From assembly GCF_001677475.2 (NCBI RefSeq), contig NZ_CP015229.1: a stretch of DNA of 64,000 nucleotides, one strand, 5' to 3'. Made by a program: the position numbers and the translations under genes. Positions 24,607-37,274 of the stretch are shown piece after piece (position 1 is the stretch's first letter; the number at the start of each line of letters is the position of its first letter). The stretch comes from Escherichia coli (GTDB lineage: Bacteria > Pseudomonadota > Gammaproteobacteria > Enterobacterales > Enterobacteriaceae). The notes below the pieces were generated by a model. That model was given only the letters and a program-made list of their open reading frames with translations. It searched no databases and was not told where the DNA came from.

Positions 24607-24637
24607 TTCGAAGAGGAGTTAATTTGCCTTAAGTGTA

Positions 24638-25636
24638 TCAGGCGTTGGCGTCTTTGACTTCGCGGATGATGTCCTGGTACTCGCGCAATTTCTGCGGAGT
24701 CATCATACGGCGCTGATCGTCAAGCACTACACCGCCCACTTCATCGGCAATATGCTGCGCAGATTGCAGCATCAGCTTGAAGTTCTGCAGCTCGTCACCG
24801 TAAGACGGTACCTGCATAAAGATAGTGACACCCGGAGTAGTGAAATCCTTCATTTCAGGATCAAAGGTTCCCGGTTTCACCATATTCGCCAGGCTAAATA
24901 ACGCCGGGCCGCTGCCATCCGGGCTAAGATGACGATGGTAAATATTCATATCGCCAAAAATGAAGCCCGCTTGTTGAATGCTGTTAAGAAGCAGTTCACC
25001 GTTTAGCTCGCTACCGTGATGCGCCGCGACGTTCATGATAATCACCGCTTCTTTGCGCTTCGGTTTATCCATAACTGGAGCCGGTTCCGCTACAGGCTCA
25101 GGCTGTGGTGCCGCTACAGGCTCTGCAGGCTGGAAAGCCTGTTGTGCCGGTTGCGGTGCTGAATGCACTGGCTGCGGCGCTGATGCGACCTGTGGCGAAA
25201 CTGGCTGCTGCAACGGCTGTTCAGGCTGCGGCTGATAGGCAGGCTGCTGCACGGGTTGCTGCACCGGCTGCGCTGGACGCGGAGCATGTTGCGGCGGTAC
25301 CTGCGCTTCAGGCGGCTGCTGGACCGGTTGACGCGGCTGTGCAGACGCATAAGGCGGTTGGTACTGGTGTTGCGGCGACGGACGAGCAGCCTCATGCTCC
25401 TGGGCGTTAGCCGGGGCATGATTCACGCGGTGAACACGAACCTCACCAACGCCCTCATCATCTTCGACATCCTCGTCATAAGAATCGTCGTCACGTTTTG
25501 ACTTCATTCGTTTTAATGGCCGATCGCGGAACATAGAAGATCGTTCTTTACGGCTGGTCCAGAAACCATGTACCAGTAAAGCGATTATGGCGATCGCGCC
25601 AACAATGATTAATATCAGACGCAAATCCTGCATCAT
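24638..25636 (-). CDS. zipA: Cell-division protein ZipA
   Basis: ORF track 349 aa; start chosen at [26 protein letters not shown] (N-terminal TM anchor), long P/Q-rich linker, C-terminal FtsZ-binding domain. Confidence 0.9.
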
Positions 25637-25865
25637 TATATTCTCTGTTGTTCTAACACCTTGCCACCACGGCAAACATTTACTCACTAAGAGTATTTGC
25701 CGATTACCTCAAGTGCAAGTGCACTATTAACTTTCACAGCACAAAGATAGATGAAATCGTGCTTTTTGCTGTTTTTTCGAACATATCCTAACTGTCCATT
25801 GCGCAATTACCCGGTAAAATACGCAGAATTTTCCTGGGATTGGTCAAAAGGAGCTCATCCTGATT

Positions 25866-26627
25866 ATGGTTTCATCATTCACATCTGCCCCACGCAGCGG
25901 TTTTTACTATTTTGCGCAAGGCTGGAAGCTCGTCTCGCAACCTGGGATTCGGCGTTTCGTTATTTTACCGCTGCTGGTCAATATTTTGTTGATGGGGGGC
26001 GCATTCTGGTGGCTCTTTACGCAACTCGATGTCTGGATCCCGACTCTCATGAGTTATGTTCCGGACTGGTTACAATGGCTGAGCTATCTGTTGTGGCCTC
26101 TGGCTGTCATCTCTGTGCTGTTAGTGTTTGGCTATTTCTTCTCAACGATTGCTAACTGGATTGCCGCTCCGTTCAATGGTTTATTGGCTGAACAACTGGA
26201 AGCACGATTGACTGGCGCTACACCGCCAGATACCGGGATTTTCGGTATCATGAAAGATGTGCCGCGAATCATGAAACGCGAATGGCAAAAATTTGCCTGG
26301 TATCTGCCGCGCGCAATTGTATTGCTAATTCTTTACTTCATCCCTGGTATTGGGCAAACCGTCGCGCCGGTACTGTGGTTCCTGTTTAGCGCCTGGATGT
26401 TAGCCATCCAGTATTGCGATTACCCCTTCGATAACCACAAAGTGCCGTTTAAAGAGATGCGCACCGCCCTGCGCACACGCAAAATCACCAATATGCAGTT
26501 TGGTGCTTTAACCAGTCTGTTTACGATGATCCCTCTGCTTAATCTGTTCATCATGCCCGTTGCCGTTTGTGGTGCGACGGCGATGTGGGTCGATTGCTAT
26601 CGCGATAAACACGCGATGTGGCGGTAA
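25866..26627 (+). CDS. cysZ: Sulfate transporter CysZ
   Basis: 253 aa; [39 protein letters not shown]. Confidence 0.95.
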
Positions 26628-26811
26628 CAATCTACCGGTTATTTTGTAAACCGCTTGTGTGAAACAGGGGTGGCTTATGCCGCCCCTTATTCCATCTTGC
26701 ATGTCATTATTTCCCTTCTGCATATAGATATGCTAAATCCTTACTTCCGCATATTCTCTGAGCGGGTATGCTACCTGTTGTATCCCAATTTCATACAGTT
26801 AAGGACAGGCC

Positions 26812-27783
26812 ATGAGTAAGATTTTTGAAGATAACTCGCTGACTATCGGTCACACGCCGCTAGTTCGCCTGAATCGCATCGGTAACGGACGCATTCTGGC
26901 GAAGGTGGAATCTCGTAACCCCAGCTTCAGCGTTAAGTGCCGTATCGGTGCCAACATGATTTGGGATGCCGAAAAACGCGGCGTGCTGAAACCAGGCGTT
27001 GAACTGGTTGAACCAACCAGCGGTAATACCGGGATTGCACTGGCCTATGTCGCTGCCGCTCGCGGTTACAAACTTACCCTGACCATGCCAGAAACCATGA
27101 GTATTGAACGCCGCAAGCTGCTGAAAGCGTTAGGTGCAAACCTGGTGCTGACCGAAGGTGCTAAAGGCATGAAAGGCGCAATCCAAAAAGCAGAAGAAAT
27201 TGTCGCCAGCAATCCAGATAAATACCTTCTGCTGCAACAATTCAGCAATCCGGCAAACCCTGAAATTCACGAAAAAACCACCGGTCCGGAGATCTGGGAA
27301 GATACCGACGGTCAGGTTGATGTATTTATTGCTGGCGTTGGCACTGGCGGTACGCTGACCGGCGTCAGCCGCTACATTAAAGGCACCAAAGGCAAGACCG
27401 ATCTTATCTCTGTCGCCGTTGAGCCAACCGATTCTCCAGTTATCGCCCAGGCACTGGCTGGTGAAGAGATTAAACCTGGCCCGCATAAAATTCAGGGTAT
27501 TGGCGCTGGTTTTATCCCGGCTAACCTCGATCTCAAGCTGGTCGATAAAGTCATTGGCATCACCAATGAAGAAGCGATTTCTACCGCGCGTCGTCTGATG
27601 GAAGAAGAAGGTATTCTTGCAGGTATCTCTTCTGGAGCAGCTGTTGCTGCGGCGTTGAAACTACAAGAAGATGAAAGCTTTACCAACAAGAATATTGTGG
27701 TTATTCTACCATCATCGGGTGAGCGTTATTTAAGCACCGCATTGTTTGCCGATCTCTTCACTGAGAAAGAATTGCAACAGTAA
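26812..27783 (+). CDS. cysK: Cysteine synthase A (O-acetylserine sulfhydrylase A)
   Basis: 323 aa; [24 protein letters not shown]...[10 protein letters not shown] (PLP lysine motif). Confidence 0.97.
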   Translation: MSKIFEDNSLTIGHTPLVRLNRIGNGRILAKVESRNPSFSVKCRIGANMIWDAEKRGVLKPGVELVEPTSGNTGIALAYVAAARGYKLTLTMPETMSIERRKLLKALGANLVLTEGAKGMKGAIQKAEEIVASNPDKYLLLQQFSNPANPEIHEKTTGPEIWEDTDGQVDVFIAGVGTGGTLTGVSRYIKGTKGKTDLISVAVEPTDSPVIAQALAGEEIKPGPHKIQGIGAGFIPANLDLKLVDKVIGITNEEAISTARRLMEEEGILAGISSGAAVAAALKLQEDESFTNKNIVVILPSSGERYLSTALFADLFTEKELQQ

Positions 27784-27805
27784 TGCCAGCTTGTTAAAAA
27801 TGCGT

Positions 27806-27834
27806 AAAAAAGCACCTTTTCAGGTGCTTTTTTG
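27806..27834 (+). terminator. Intrinsic terminator after cysK
   Basis: AAAAAAGCACCTTTTCAGGTGCTTTTTTG hairpin plus T-run. Confidence 0.85.
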
Positions 27835-27905
27835 TGGCCTGCTTCAAACTTTCGCCCCTCCTGGCATTGATTCAGCCTGTCGGAACTGGTATTTAACCAG
27901 ACTAA

Positions 27906-27927
27906 TTATTTTGATGCGCGAAATTAA
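27906..27927. promoter_or_regulatory. Candidate Mlc/NagC-type operator in the ptsH upstream region
   Basis: TTATTTTGATGCGCGAAATTAA: AT-rich arms around a central CGCG, as in Mlc operators; ptsHI is known to be Mlc-regulated. Confidence 0.45.
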
Positions 27928-28166
27928 TCGTTACAGGAAAAGCCAAAGCTGAATCGATTTTATGATTTGGTTCAATTCTTCCTTTAGCGGCATAATGTTT
28001 AATGACGTACGAAACGTCAGCGGTCAACACCCGCCAGCAATGGACTGTATTGCGCTCTTCGTGCGTCGCGTCTGTTAAAAACTGGCGCGAACAATACAGG
28101 CTAAAGTCGAACCGCCAGGCTAGACTTTAGTTCCACAACACTAAACCTATAAGTTGGGGAAATACA

Positions 28167-28424
28167 ATGTTCCAGCAAGAAGTTACCATTACCGCTCCGA
28201 ACGGTCTGCACACCCGCCCTGCTGCCCAGTTTGTAAAAGAAGCTAAGGGCTTCACTTCTGAAATTACTGTGACTTCCAACGGCAAAACCGCCAGCGCGAA
28301 AAGCCTGTTTAAACTGCAGACTCTGGGCCTGACTCAAGGTACCGTTGTGACTATCTCCGCAGAAGGCGAAGACGAGCAGAAAGCGGTTGAACATCTGGTT
28401 AAACTGATGGCGGAACTCGAGTAA
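28167..28424 (+). CDS. ptsH: Phosphocarrier protein HPr
   Basis: 85 aa; [29 protein letters not shown] (His15 site). Confidence 0.98.
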   Translation: MFQQEVTITAPNGLHTRPAAQFVKEAKGFTSEITVTSNGKTASAKSLFKLQTLGLTQGTVVTISAEGEDEQKAVEHLVKLMAELE

Positions 28425-28468
28425 TTTCCCGGGTTCTTTTAAAAATCAGTCACAAGTAAGGTAGGGTT

Positions 28469-30196
28469 ATGATTTCAGGCATTTTAGCATCCCCGGGTAT
28501 CGCTTTCGGTAAAGCTCTGCTTCTGAAAGAAGACGAAATTGTCATTGACCGGAAAAAAATTTCTGCCGACCAGGTTGATCAGGAAGTTGAACGTTTTCTG
28601 AGCGGTCGTGCCAAGGCATCAGCCCAGCTGGAAACGATCAAAACGAAAGCTGGTGAAACGTTCGGTGAAGAAAAAGAAGCCATCTTTGAAGGGCATATTA
28701 TGCTGCTCGAAGATGAGGAGCTGGAGCAGGAAATCATAGCCCTGATTAAAGATAAGCACATGACAGCTGACGCAGCTGCTCATGAAGTTATCGAAGGTCA
28801 GGCTTCTGCCCTGGAAGAGCTGGATGATGAATACCTGAAAGAACGTGCGGCTGACGTACGTGATATCGGTAAGCGCCTGCTGCGCAACATCCTGGGCCTG
28901 AAGATTATCGACCTGAGCGCCATCCAGGATGAAGTCATTCTGGTTGCCGCTGACCTGACGCCGTCCGAAACCGCACAGCTGAACCTGAAGAAGGTGCTGG
29001 GTTTCATCACCGACGCGGGTGGCCGTACTTCCCACACCTCTATCATGGCGCGTTCTCTGGAACTACCTGCTATCGTGGGTACCGGTAGCGTCACCTCTCA
29101 GGTGAAAAATGACGACTATCTGATTCTGGATGCCGTAAATAATCAGGTTTACGTCAATCCAACCAACGAAGTTATTGATAAAATGCGCGCTGTTCAGGAG
29201 CAAGTGGCTTCTGAAAAAGCAGAGCTTGCTAAACTGAAAGATCTGCCAGCTATTACGCTGGACGGTCACCAGGTAGAAGTATGCGCTAACATTGGTACGG
29301 TTCGTGACGTTGAAGGTGCAGAGCGTAACGGCGCTGAAGGCGTTGGTCTGTATCGTACTGAGTTCCTGTTCATGGACCGCGACGCGCTGCCCACTGAAGA
29401 AGAACAGTTTGCTGCTTACAAAGCAGTGGCTGAAGCGTGTGGCTCGCAGGCGGTTATCGTTCGTACCATGGACATCGGCGGCGACAAAGAGCTGCCATAC
29501 ATGAACTTCCCGAAAGAAGAGAACCCGTTCCTCGGCTGGCGCGCTATCCGTATCGCGATGGATCGTAAAGAGATCCTGCGCGATCAGCTCCGCGCTATCC
29601 TGCGTGCCTCGGCTTTCGGTAAATTGCGCATTATGTTCCCGATGATCATCTCTGTTGAAGAAGTGCGTGCACTGCGCAAAGAGATCGAAATCTACAAACA
29701 GGAACTGCGCGACGAAGGTAAAGCGTTTGACGAGTCAATTGAAATCGGCGTAATGGTGGAAACACCGGCTGCCGCAACAATTGCACGTCATTTAGCCAAA
29801 GAAGTTGATTTCTTTAGTATCGGCACCAATGATTTAACGCAGTACACTCTGGCAGTTGACCGTGGTAATGATATGATTTCACACCTTTACCAGCCAATGT
29901 CACCGTCCGTGCTGAACTTGATCAAGCAAGTTATTGATGCTTCTCATGCTGAAGGCAAATGGACTGGCATGTGTGGTGAGCTTGCTGGCGATGAACGTGC
30001 TACACTTCTGTTGCTGGGGATGGGTCTGGACGAATTCTCTATGAGCGCCATTTCTATCCCGCGCATTAAGAAGATTATCCGTAACACGAACTTCGAAGAT
30101 GCGAAGGTGTTAGCAGAGCAGGCTCTTGCTCAACCGACAACGGACGAGTTAATGACGCTGGTTAACAAGTTCATTGAAGAAAAAACAATCTGCTAA
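28469..30196 (+). CDS. ptsI: PTS Enzyme I
   Basis: 575 aa; [51 protein letters not shown]; [13 protein letters not shown] phosphohistidine motif. Confidence 0.98.
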   Translation: MISGILASPGIAFGKALLLKEDEIVIDRKKISADQVDQEVERFLSGRAKASAQLETIKTKAGETFGEEKEAIFEGHIMLLEDEELEQEIIALIKDKHMTADAAAHEVIEGQASALEELDDEYLKERAADVRDIGKRLLRNILGLKIIDLSAIQDEVILVAADLTPSETAQLNLKKVLGFITDAGGRTSHTSIMARSLELPAIVGTGSVTSQVKNDDYLILDAVNNQVYVNPTNEVIDKMRAVQEQVASEKAELAKLKDLPAITLDGHQVEVCANIGTVRDVEGAERNGAEGVGLYRTEFLFMDRDALPTEEEQFAAYKAVAEACGSQAVIVRTMDIGGDKELPYMNFPKEENPFLGWRAIRIAMDRKEILRDQLRAILRASAFGKLRIMFPMIISVEEVRALRKEIEIYKQELRDEGKAFDESIEIGVMVETPAAATIARHLAKEVDFFSIGTNDLTQYTLAVDRGNDMISHLYQPMSPSVLNLIKQVIDASHAEGKWTGMCGELAGDERATLLLLGMGLDEFSMSAISIPRIKKIIRNTNFEDAKVLAEQALAQPTTDELMTLVNKFIEEKTIC

Positions 30197-30236
30197 TCCA
30201 CGAGATGCGGCCCAATTTACTGCTTAGGAGAAGATC

Positions 30237-30746
30237 ATGGGTTTGTTCGATAAACTGAAATCTCTGGTTTCCGACGACAAGAAGGATACCGGAACTATTG
30301 AGATCATTGCTCCGCTCTCTGGCGAGATCGTCAATATCGAAGACGTGCCGGATGTCGTTTTTGCGGAAAAAATCGTTGGTGATGGCATTGCTATCAAACC
30401 AACTGGAAACAAAATGGTCGCGCCTGTAGACGGCACCATTGGTAAAATCTTTGAAACCAACCACGCGTTCTCTATCGAATCTGATAGCGGCGTTGAACTG
30501 TTCGTCCACTTCGGTATCGACACCGTTGAACTGAAAGGCGAAGGCTTCAAGCGTATTGCTGAAGAAGGTCAGCGCGTGAAAGTTGGCGATACTGTCATTG
30601 AATTCGATCTGCCGCTGCTGGAAGAGAAAGCCAAGTCTACCCTGACTCCGGTTGTTATCTCCAACATGGACGAAATCAAAGAACTGATCAAACTGTCCGG
30701 TAGCGTGACTGTGGGTGAAACCCCGGTTATCCGCATCAAGAAGTAA
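30237..30746 (+). CDS. crr: Glucose-specific PTS EIIA (EIIA-Glc)
   Basis: 169 aa; [39 protein letters not shown]. Confidence 0.98.
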
Positions 30747-30760
30747 TTCTTGCCGCAGTG

Positions 30761-30790
30761 AAAAATGGCGCCCATCGGCGCCATTTTTTA
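30761..30790. terminator. Bidirectional terminator between crr and pdxK
   Basis: AAAAATGGCGCC-CATC-GGCGCCATTTTTTA; overlaps the pdxK stop codon. Confidence 0.8.
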
Positions 30791-31639
30791 TGCTTCCGCC
30801 AGCGGCGGCAAAATCAATTCATCGCTCTCATGCTGCTGGGTATAGCGCATCACCTCCAGCACACGTAATCCCGCGCTATGTACCGCGTCAGTTAATTCCT
30901 TACCTTTCAACAAGCCACTGATAAGCTGAGCACAAAACAGGTCGCCAGTCCCTTTCAGGTCAGTTTTAACCCGTGAATGGGAAATGACATTCACGCTGTC
31001 GGCACTGACCACCACCACCTGCATCTCCTGATTTTCTTCATTACCGGAGACGCTGGTAATCACCACCCATTTTAATGTGTCTGAAAGCAGACTTTTTGCG
31101 GCAGCAATGGCACTGTCGAGATCGCGGCAATTTTTACCGGTCAGGATTTCCAGCTCAAAAATATTGGGGGTAATTCCCTGCGCCAGCGGCAGTAAATATT
31201 GTCGATACGCCTCGGGAAGGTCAGGTTTGACATAAATTCCGCTATCAATATCGCCAATCACTGGATCGACCATGATCAATAGGTCAGGATGATCTTTGCG
31301 TAGTGCAGTCAGCCACTCGGCAAGGATTTTGATTTGCGATGCCGTTCCCATATAGCCCGTGGTTACAGCACGAAGTTGGCGCAACGCATCACGCTCCTGA
31401 AGCGCACGCAAATAGCCGCTAAACCATTCGTCCGGAATCGCACCACCGTAGAAAGTGTCATAATGCGGTGTATTGCTCAGCAATACAGTCGGCACGGCAA
31501 AGACATTCAAGCCGTTCTGTTTTATAGCAGGCACCGCAATGCTGTTGCCTACGCTGCCGTACACTACCTGCGACTGCACGGCGACGATATCCGCCTGCAA
31601 TGCCCTGCTCTTATCGTTAAACAACAACAAACTACTCAT
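30788..31639 (-). CDS. pdxK: Pyridoxal/pyridoxine/pyridoxamine kinase
   Basis: 283 aa; [40 protein letters not shown]. Confidence 0.95.
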   Translation of the reverse strand: MSSLLLFNDKSRALQADIVAVQSQVVYGSVGNSIAVPAIKQNGLNVFAVPTVLLSNTPHYDTFYGGAIPDEWFSGYLRALQERDALRQLRAVTTGYMGTASQIKILAEWLTALRKDHPDLLIMVDPVIGDIDSGIYVKPDLPEAYRQYLLPLAQGITPNIFELEILTGKNCRDLDSAIAAAKSLLSDTLKWVVITSVSGNEENQEMQVVVVSADSVNVISHSRVKTDLKGTGDLFCAQLISGLLKGKELTDAVHSAGLRVLEVMRYTQQHESDELILPPLAEA

Positions 31640-31652
31640 TTAATTTTTTCTC

Positions 31653-32112
<460 letters not shown>

Positions 32113-32114
32113 TC

Positions 32115-33026
32115 TTAAATCCCTGCCCCCTGGCTAAAATGCTCTTCCCCAAACACCCCGGTAGAAAGGTAGCGATCGCCGCGATCGCAGATGATCGCGA
32201 CCACCACCGCGCCGGGGTTAGCTTTTGCCACGCGCAGTGCTCCGGCAACCGCGCCGCCAGAGCTGACGCCACAGAATATTCCTTCCCGCACTGCCAGTTC
32301 GCGCATGGTGTTTTCTGCATCGCGCTGATGAATATCCAGCACCTCATCCACCAGCGAAGCGTTGAAAATCCCCGGCAGATATTCCGCAGGCCAGCGGCGA
32401 ATGCCGGGAATGCTACTGCCCTCTTCCGGCTGCAGGCCAACAATGGTCACCGGTTTGGATTGTTCGCGCATAAAGCGTGAAACGCCGGTGATAGTGCCGG
32501 TTGTTCCCATGCTGGAGACAAAATGGGTAATGCGCCCGCCAGTTTGCTGCCAGATTTCCGGCCCGGTGGTAGTATAATGGGCGTAGGGATTATCAGGATT
32601 ATTGAACTGATCGAGCAGCTTTCCTTCACCACGATTCGCCATTTCAAGCGCCAGATCGCGCGCACCTTCCATGCCCTGCTCTTTGGTGACAAGAATCAGT
32701 TCCGCACCATAAGCACGCATCGCCGCACGGCGTTCCTGGCTCATGTTGTCGGGCATCAGCAATTTCATGCGATAGCCTTTAAGCGCGGCAATCATTGCCA
32801 GCGCAATGCCGGTGTTACCACTGGTGGCTTCGATCAGCACGTCACCCGGTTTAATTTCCCCGCGCTTTTCCGCCTCGACGATCATCGAAAGTGCCGCACG
32901 ATCTTTTACCGAACCTGCCGGGTTATTGCCTTCCAGTTTCAACCAGACTTCACTGCCGTTATTCGGCCCCATTCGCTGCAACTTCACCAGAGGCGTATTG
33001 CCAATTGTTTGTTCTAATGTACTCAC
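32115..33026 (-). CDS. cysM: Cysteine synthase B (O-acetylserine sulfhydrylase B)
   Basis: ORF track shows a 329 aa open frame; the start is taken as GTG at 33026 (STLEQTIGNTPLVKLQRMGP...), giving 303 aa; PLP motif SVKDRAA. Confidence 0.92.
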   Translation of the reverse strand: MSTLEQTIGNTPLVKLQRMGPNNGSEVWLKLEGNNPAGSVKDRAALSMIVEAEKRGEIKPGDVLIEATSGNTGIALAMIAALKGYRMKLLMPDNMSQERRAAMRAYGAELILVTKEQGMEGARDLALEMANRGEGKLLDQFNNPDNPYAHYTTTGPEIWQQTGGRITHFVSSMGTTGTITGVSRFMREQSKPVTIVGLQPEEGSSIPGIRRWPAEYLPGIFNASLVDEVLDIHQRDAENTMRELAVREGIFCGVSSGGAVAGALRVAKANPGAVVVAIICDRGDRYLSTGVFGEEHFSQGAGI

Positions 33027-33049
33027 GATCTCTATCCATACGTGGTGTT

Positions 33050-33086
33050 GCCTGATGCGACGCTTGCGCGTCTTATCAGGCCTACA
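33050..33086. repeat. REP element between cysA and cysM
   Basis: GCCTGATGCGACGCTTGCGCGTCTTATCAGGCCTACA, canonical REP, inside the cysPUWAM transcription unit. Confidence 0.8.
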
Positions 33087-33159
33087 GGTTACAAACCTTG
33101 CCATTAAAAAGCCCGGATCGCGGGAAGCGCCTCCGGGCGTTTAACATTCACTCAACCTA

Positions 33160-34257
33160 TCAGGCGCTTTGTGCGAGAGCAAGTTCCTCATCGCGGGTTT
33201 CAATACGCTCGTCGCCGTTATACAGCCGCGCATGTTGCAGACCAACGAATAAACGCTCGCCACGTTGCGGGGCGTCGTCGCCGTGCATCACGACCGTCAG
33301 CGCTTCGTTGTACCACCCCAGCGGCTGCACGACTAATTGGGTGTAGTGGCCTTTCGGGCTGGCTTCCAGTACCTGTACCGGCAGCGGCGAATCGAGGCTG
33401 GTACGGCGGCTGATATCCACTTCCCACGGACGCAGGAAGAGATCCACCGGCCCCTGATACGCAGGTGTATAGCCCAGCGGCCAGCGATGTGCGCCAACAT
33501 GGAACTGCCCGCCGCGAATGGTTCCCTGCAGGCGGTTCACTTCGCCCATAAATTCGAGTACAAAACGGGTCGCTGGTTCGCGCCATACCTGGTCCGGTGC
33601 ATCAGCCTGCTCGATATTGCCCTGGCTCATCACCACTACACGATCGGCTACTTCGGTCGCTTCTTCCTGGTCATGGGTCACAAACACGCTGGTGAATTTC
33701 AGCTCTTCATGTAACTGACGCAGCCAGCGACGCAGCTCTTTACGCACCTGCGCATCCAGCGCGCCAAACGGTTCATCAAGCAGCAGAATTTGCGGTTCTA
33801 CAGCCAGCGCGCGCGCCAGCGCTACACGCTGTTTCTGGCCGCCGGAAAGCTGCGCCGGATAACGATCCGCCAGATGGGCAAGCTGCACCATCTCCAGCAA
33901 TTTTGTCACTTTCGCTTTGATCGCCGCGGCATTCGGGCGCTCGCGACGCGGCAGCACCGTCAGGCCAAAAGCGATATTGTCGAACACCGTCATATGACGG
34001 AATAGCGCGTAATGCTGGAACACGAAACCGACTTTACGGTCCCTCGCGTGCAGACGGCTGACATCGGTACCGTGAAAGCGAATTTGTCCGCTGGTTTGAT
34101 GCTCCAGCCCGGCAATAATGCGCAGCAGCGTGGTTTTCCCGGAACCGGACGGCCCCAGCAACGCGACCATCTGACCAGAAGGAATATCCAGTGAGATATC
34201 GTTCAGCACCTGGGTGCGACCAAACGACTTCTTAATATTGGCAATCTCAATGCTCAT
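33160..34257 (-). CDS. cysA: Sulfate/thiosulfate ABC transporter ATP-binding protein
   Basis: 365 aa; Walker [10 protein letters not shown], signature [15 protein letters not shown]. Confidence 0.97.
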   Translation of the reverse strand: MSIEIANIKKSFGRTQVLNDISLDIPSGQMVALLGPSGSGKTTLLRIIAGLEHQTSGQIRFHGTDVSRLHARDRKVGFVFQHYALFRHMTVFDNIAFGLTVLPRRERPNAAAIKAKVTKLLEMVQLAHLADRYPAQLSGGQKQRVALARALAVEPQILLLDEPFGALDAQVRKELRRWLRQLHEELKFTSVFVTHDQEEATEVADRVVVMSQGNIEQADAPDQVWREPATRFVLEFMGEVNRLQGTIRGGQFHVGAHRWPLGYTPAYQGPVDLFLRPWEVDISRRTSLDSPLPVQVLEASPKGHYTQLVVQPLGWYNEALTVVMHGDDAPQRGERLFVGLQHARLYNGDERIETRDEELALAQSA

Positions 34258-35122
34258 GATGCTCCTCCTGCTGCGCGCGTTTTTCCTGATTCTCCAGGCG
34301 CCACTGCAACATACTCTTTAAAAACAAGGTGATAATCGCCATCAGCGTCAACAGCGCGGCGGCGGTAAAGGAGCCGACGGTGTTGTAGTCCTGCTCCAGC
34401 AATTCAATCTGTAACGGCAGCGACAGGGTTTCACCGCGAATCGAGCCGGAAACCACCGATACCGCGCCAAACTCGCCAATCGCGCGGGCGTTGGTCAGCA
34501 CCACGCCGTAAAGCAGCGCCCAGCGAATATTCGGTAATGTGACGCGACGGAACATCTGCCAGCCGGACGCGCCAAGCAAAATCGCCGCTTCGTCCTCCTG
34601 GCTGCCCTGGCTTAACATCACCGGCACCAGCTCGCGCACCACAAATGGACACGTCACGAAGATGGTGACCAGCACCATTCCCGGCCACGAGAACATAATT
34701 TGCAGGTTATGCTCGTCGAGCCAACCGCCCAGCGGGCCATTAGAGCCGTAGAACAGCAGATACACCAGACCGGCAACCACCGGCGATACGGCAAACGGAA
34801 TGTCCAGTAGCGTCAGCAGTAACTGGCGTCCAGGGAAGTTAAAGCGCGTCACCAGCCAGGCCAGCAGAATGCCGAACACCAGGTTCACCGGCACGGCAAT
34901 CAGCGCAATCATCACCGTCAGCCAGATGGCGTGCAGCATGTCCGGGTCAGCCAGATTCTGTATAACTGGCATCAGCCCTTTGCTGAACGCCTGTATGAAG
35001 ATATAAATCATCGGCACCAGCAGGATGAACGCCGATACCAGCATCCCGATGCCAATCAGAAACCATTTGCCCCAGTTAATCGGGCGCGCGTCATAACGCT
35101 TCAATTGTGTCACTTCCGCCAT
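34247..35122 (-). CDS. cysW: Sulfate/thiosulfate ABC transporter permease CysW
   Basis: 291 aa membrane ORF; 11-nt overlap with cysA. Confidence 0.95.
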   Translation of the reverse strand: MAEVTQLKRYDARPINWGKWFLIGIGMLVSAFILLVPMIYIFIQAFSKGLMPVIQNLADPDMLHAIWLTVMIALIAVPVNLVFGILLAWLVTRFNFPGRQLLLTLLDIPFAVSPVVAGLVYLLFYGSNGPLGGWLDEHNLQIMFSWPGMVLVTIFVTCPFVVRELVPVMLSQGSQEDEAAILLGASGWQMFRRVTLPNIRWALLYGVVLTNARAIGEFGAVSVVSGSIRGETLSLPLQIELLEQDYNTVGSFTAAALLTLMAIITLFLKSMLQWRLENQEKRAQQEEHHEH

Positions 35123-35955
35123 TAATGACCTACCACACGCCGACCAAAGCGACTTTGCAGAGTGTTAATTGAGAACAGCAGCATCAGGGATGCCGCGAGG
35201 ATCACCGAAGCAATCGCGCTCGCCGCCGGGTAATCAAACTCCTGCAAGCGCACAAAAATCATCAGCGACGTAACTTCCGTCTTCCAGGCGATGTTCCCGG
35301 CGATAAATATCACCGCGCCAAACTCACCAAGACTACGGGTAAACGACAGCGCAATACCGGCAATCAGCGCCGGAGAGAGTTCTGGCAGCACCACTTTGCA
35401 GAAGCTCTGCCAGCGCGTTGCACCGAGCGTTTCTGCCGCTTCTTCATATTCCGGCCCTAACTCTTCCAGCACCGGCTGCACGGTACGCACTACAAACGGA
35501 ATGCTGGTAAAGGCCATCGCCACCGCAATCCCCAGCCAGGTATAGGTGACTTTGATATCAAACTTCGCCAGCCATTCACCGTAAAAACCGTTCACGGAAA
35601 AGAGCGAGGCCAGCGTTAAACCGGCCACTGCCGTTGGCAGCGCAAAGGGTAAATCCATCAGCGCATCAAGCAGCGTGCGGCCAGGGAAGCGATAACGGGT
35701 TAAGATCCACGCCATCAGCAGGCCGAAAACACCGTTAAAAATCGACGCGACAAACGCCGACAGCAGCGTCACTTTATAGGCCGCGACCACCTGCGGATTG
35801 GTGATCACCTCCCAGTACTGCGCCCAGCTCATCTCAGAAAGCTGCATCACCAGCGCGGAGAGCGGCAGTAACAAAATCAGGCACACAAACAGCAGACTGG
35901 TGCCGAGGCTCAGGGTAAAGCCCGGCAACACGCGTCGTGAAGAAACTGCAAACAT
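35122..35955 (-). CDS. cysU: Sulfate/thiosulfate ABC transporter permease CysU (CysT)
   Basis: 277 aa membrane ORF; start/stop overlap with neighbours. Confidence 0.95.
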   Translation of the reverse strand: MFAVSSRRVLPGFTLSLGTSLLFVCLILLLPLSALVMQLSEMSWAQYWEVITNPQVVAAYKVTLLSAFVASIFNGVFGLLMAWILTRYRFPGRTLLDALMDLPFALPTAVAGLTLASLFSVNGFYGEWLAKFDIKVTYTWLGIAVAMAFTSIPFVVRTVQPVLEELGPEYEEAAETLGATRWQSFCKVVLPELSPALIAGIALSFTRSLGEFGAVIFIAGNIAWKTEVTSLMIFVRLQEFDYPAASAIASVILAASLMLLFSINTLQSRFGRRVVGH

Positions 35956-36971
35956 TACTTACGCCCCGCCGCTAACAGCTTGTCTAACTCGCCGCCGCTG
36001 GTGAAGTGGGTTTTCATCACTTCCGGCCAGGAGCCAAATTTGTCTTCCACGCGGAACAGATCGGTCTGCGGGAATTTGTCTTTCAGTTTGTCCATGACTT
36101 CCGGGTTATTTACGCGGTAGTAATAGTCGGTGATGATGGTTTGCGCCTGCGGGCTGTAGAGCCAGTTCAGGTAGGCTTTTGCTGCTTTTTCCGTACCGTT
36201 GGCCTGCACGTTTTTATCGACCCACGCCACCGGGAATTCCGCCAGAATGTTGGTTTTCGGAATCACCACTTCAAAGCCCTGCGCTTCATACTGTTTACGG
36301 ATGTTGTTCACTTCCGACTCGAAGCTGATCAGCACATCGCCCAGGCCGCGCTCGGCAAAAGTGGTGGTCGCGCCACGACCGCCGGTATCGAACACTTCAA
36401 CGTTTTTCAGGAACTGGGTCATAAACTGTTCGGTTTTGGCTTTATCGCCACCGTCAGCTTGATCCGCTACGCCCCATGCCGCCAGATAGGTATAACGCGC
36501 GTTACCCGACGTTTTCGGGTTCGGGAAAATCAGCTTCACGTCGGAGCGCACCAGGTCGTTCCAGTCGTGGATATTCTTCGGGTTGCCCTTACGCACCAGG
36601 AAGCCCATGGTGGAGTAGAACGGCGAGCTATTATTCGGCAGGCGCGACTGCCAGTCTGCCGGGATCAGCTTGCCTTTGTCATGCAGGATCTGTACGTCAG
36701 TCACCTGGTTATAAGTGACAACGTCGGCTTTTAAGCCCTGCAAAATTGCCAGCGCCTGTTTTGATGACCCGGCATGAGATTGTTTTATCGTCAGTTTGTC
36801 GCCGCCGTTATCTTTTGCCCACTGCTGTTCAAACGGGATATTCAGGGCGGCAAACAGCTCGCGGGAGACGTCATAAGAACTGTTCAGCAGTTCCGTTGCC
36901 TGTACATGGCCCGCCAGCAGCAGAGAAGCGACCAGCGCGAGTGAGTTCTTTTTCAGTAAGTTAACGGCCAT
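35955..36971 (-). CDS. cysP: Periplasmic thiosulfate-binding protein
   Basis: 338 aa; signal peptide [25 protein letters not shown]. Confidence 0.95.
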   Translation of the reverse strand: MAVNLLKKNSLALVASLLLAGHVQATELLNSSYDVSRELFAALNIPFEQQWAKDNGGDKLTIKQSHAGSSKQALAILQGLKADVVTYNQVTDVQILHDKGKLIPADWQSRLPNNSSPFYSTMGFLVRKGNPKNIHDWNDLVRSDVKLIFPNPKTSGNARYTYLAAWGVADQADGGDKAKTEQFMTQFLKNVEVFDTGGRGATTTFAERGLGDVLISFESEVNNIRKQYEAQGFEVVIPKTNILAEFPVAWVDKNVQANGTEKAAKAYLNWLYSPQAQTIITDYYYRVNNPEVMDKLKDKFPQTDLFRVEDKFGSWPEVMKTHFTSGGELDKLLAAGRK

Positions 36972-37274
36972 TGCGCACCCTTATAAATTTAATGACTTTC
37001 TAATAGTCATCATATTTATAACGGACGTGAAAGGAGTAACGGTTTTATATACCGTTTGGTGATTTGGAAGTTGAAAAGGGAATAAGAACTTGGTTCAACA
37101 GGCGTAATTGTTGCAGTCAGTTTGGACACGGACAGCGCGGAGAAACCGGAGCGTACACATAGTACGTGAGGATTTCGAGCACTGCCCGGGGCAAAAATGA
37201 CAAATAAAATAGCCTGGTGAACTTAGTTCAAGACGAAATCCTCCCCACACATGCAGGGAGGAAACAGAGGTGAA

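Noticed and set aside
24900-25450. Repetitive Pro/Gln-rich coding region with multiple overlapping ORFs on both strands
   Set aside because: This is the known flexible P/Q-rich linker of ZipA; the overlapping frames are by-products of the CAG/CCG-rich repeats, not separate genes or a repeat element.
28579-29269. Several minus-strand ORFs of 60-138 aa
   Set aside because: All lie inside ptsI on the opposite strand; ptsI is unambiguous.
36006-36734. 242-aa plus-strand ORF
   Set aside because: Antisense to cysP; no independent evidence.
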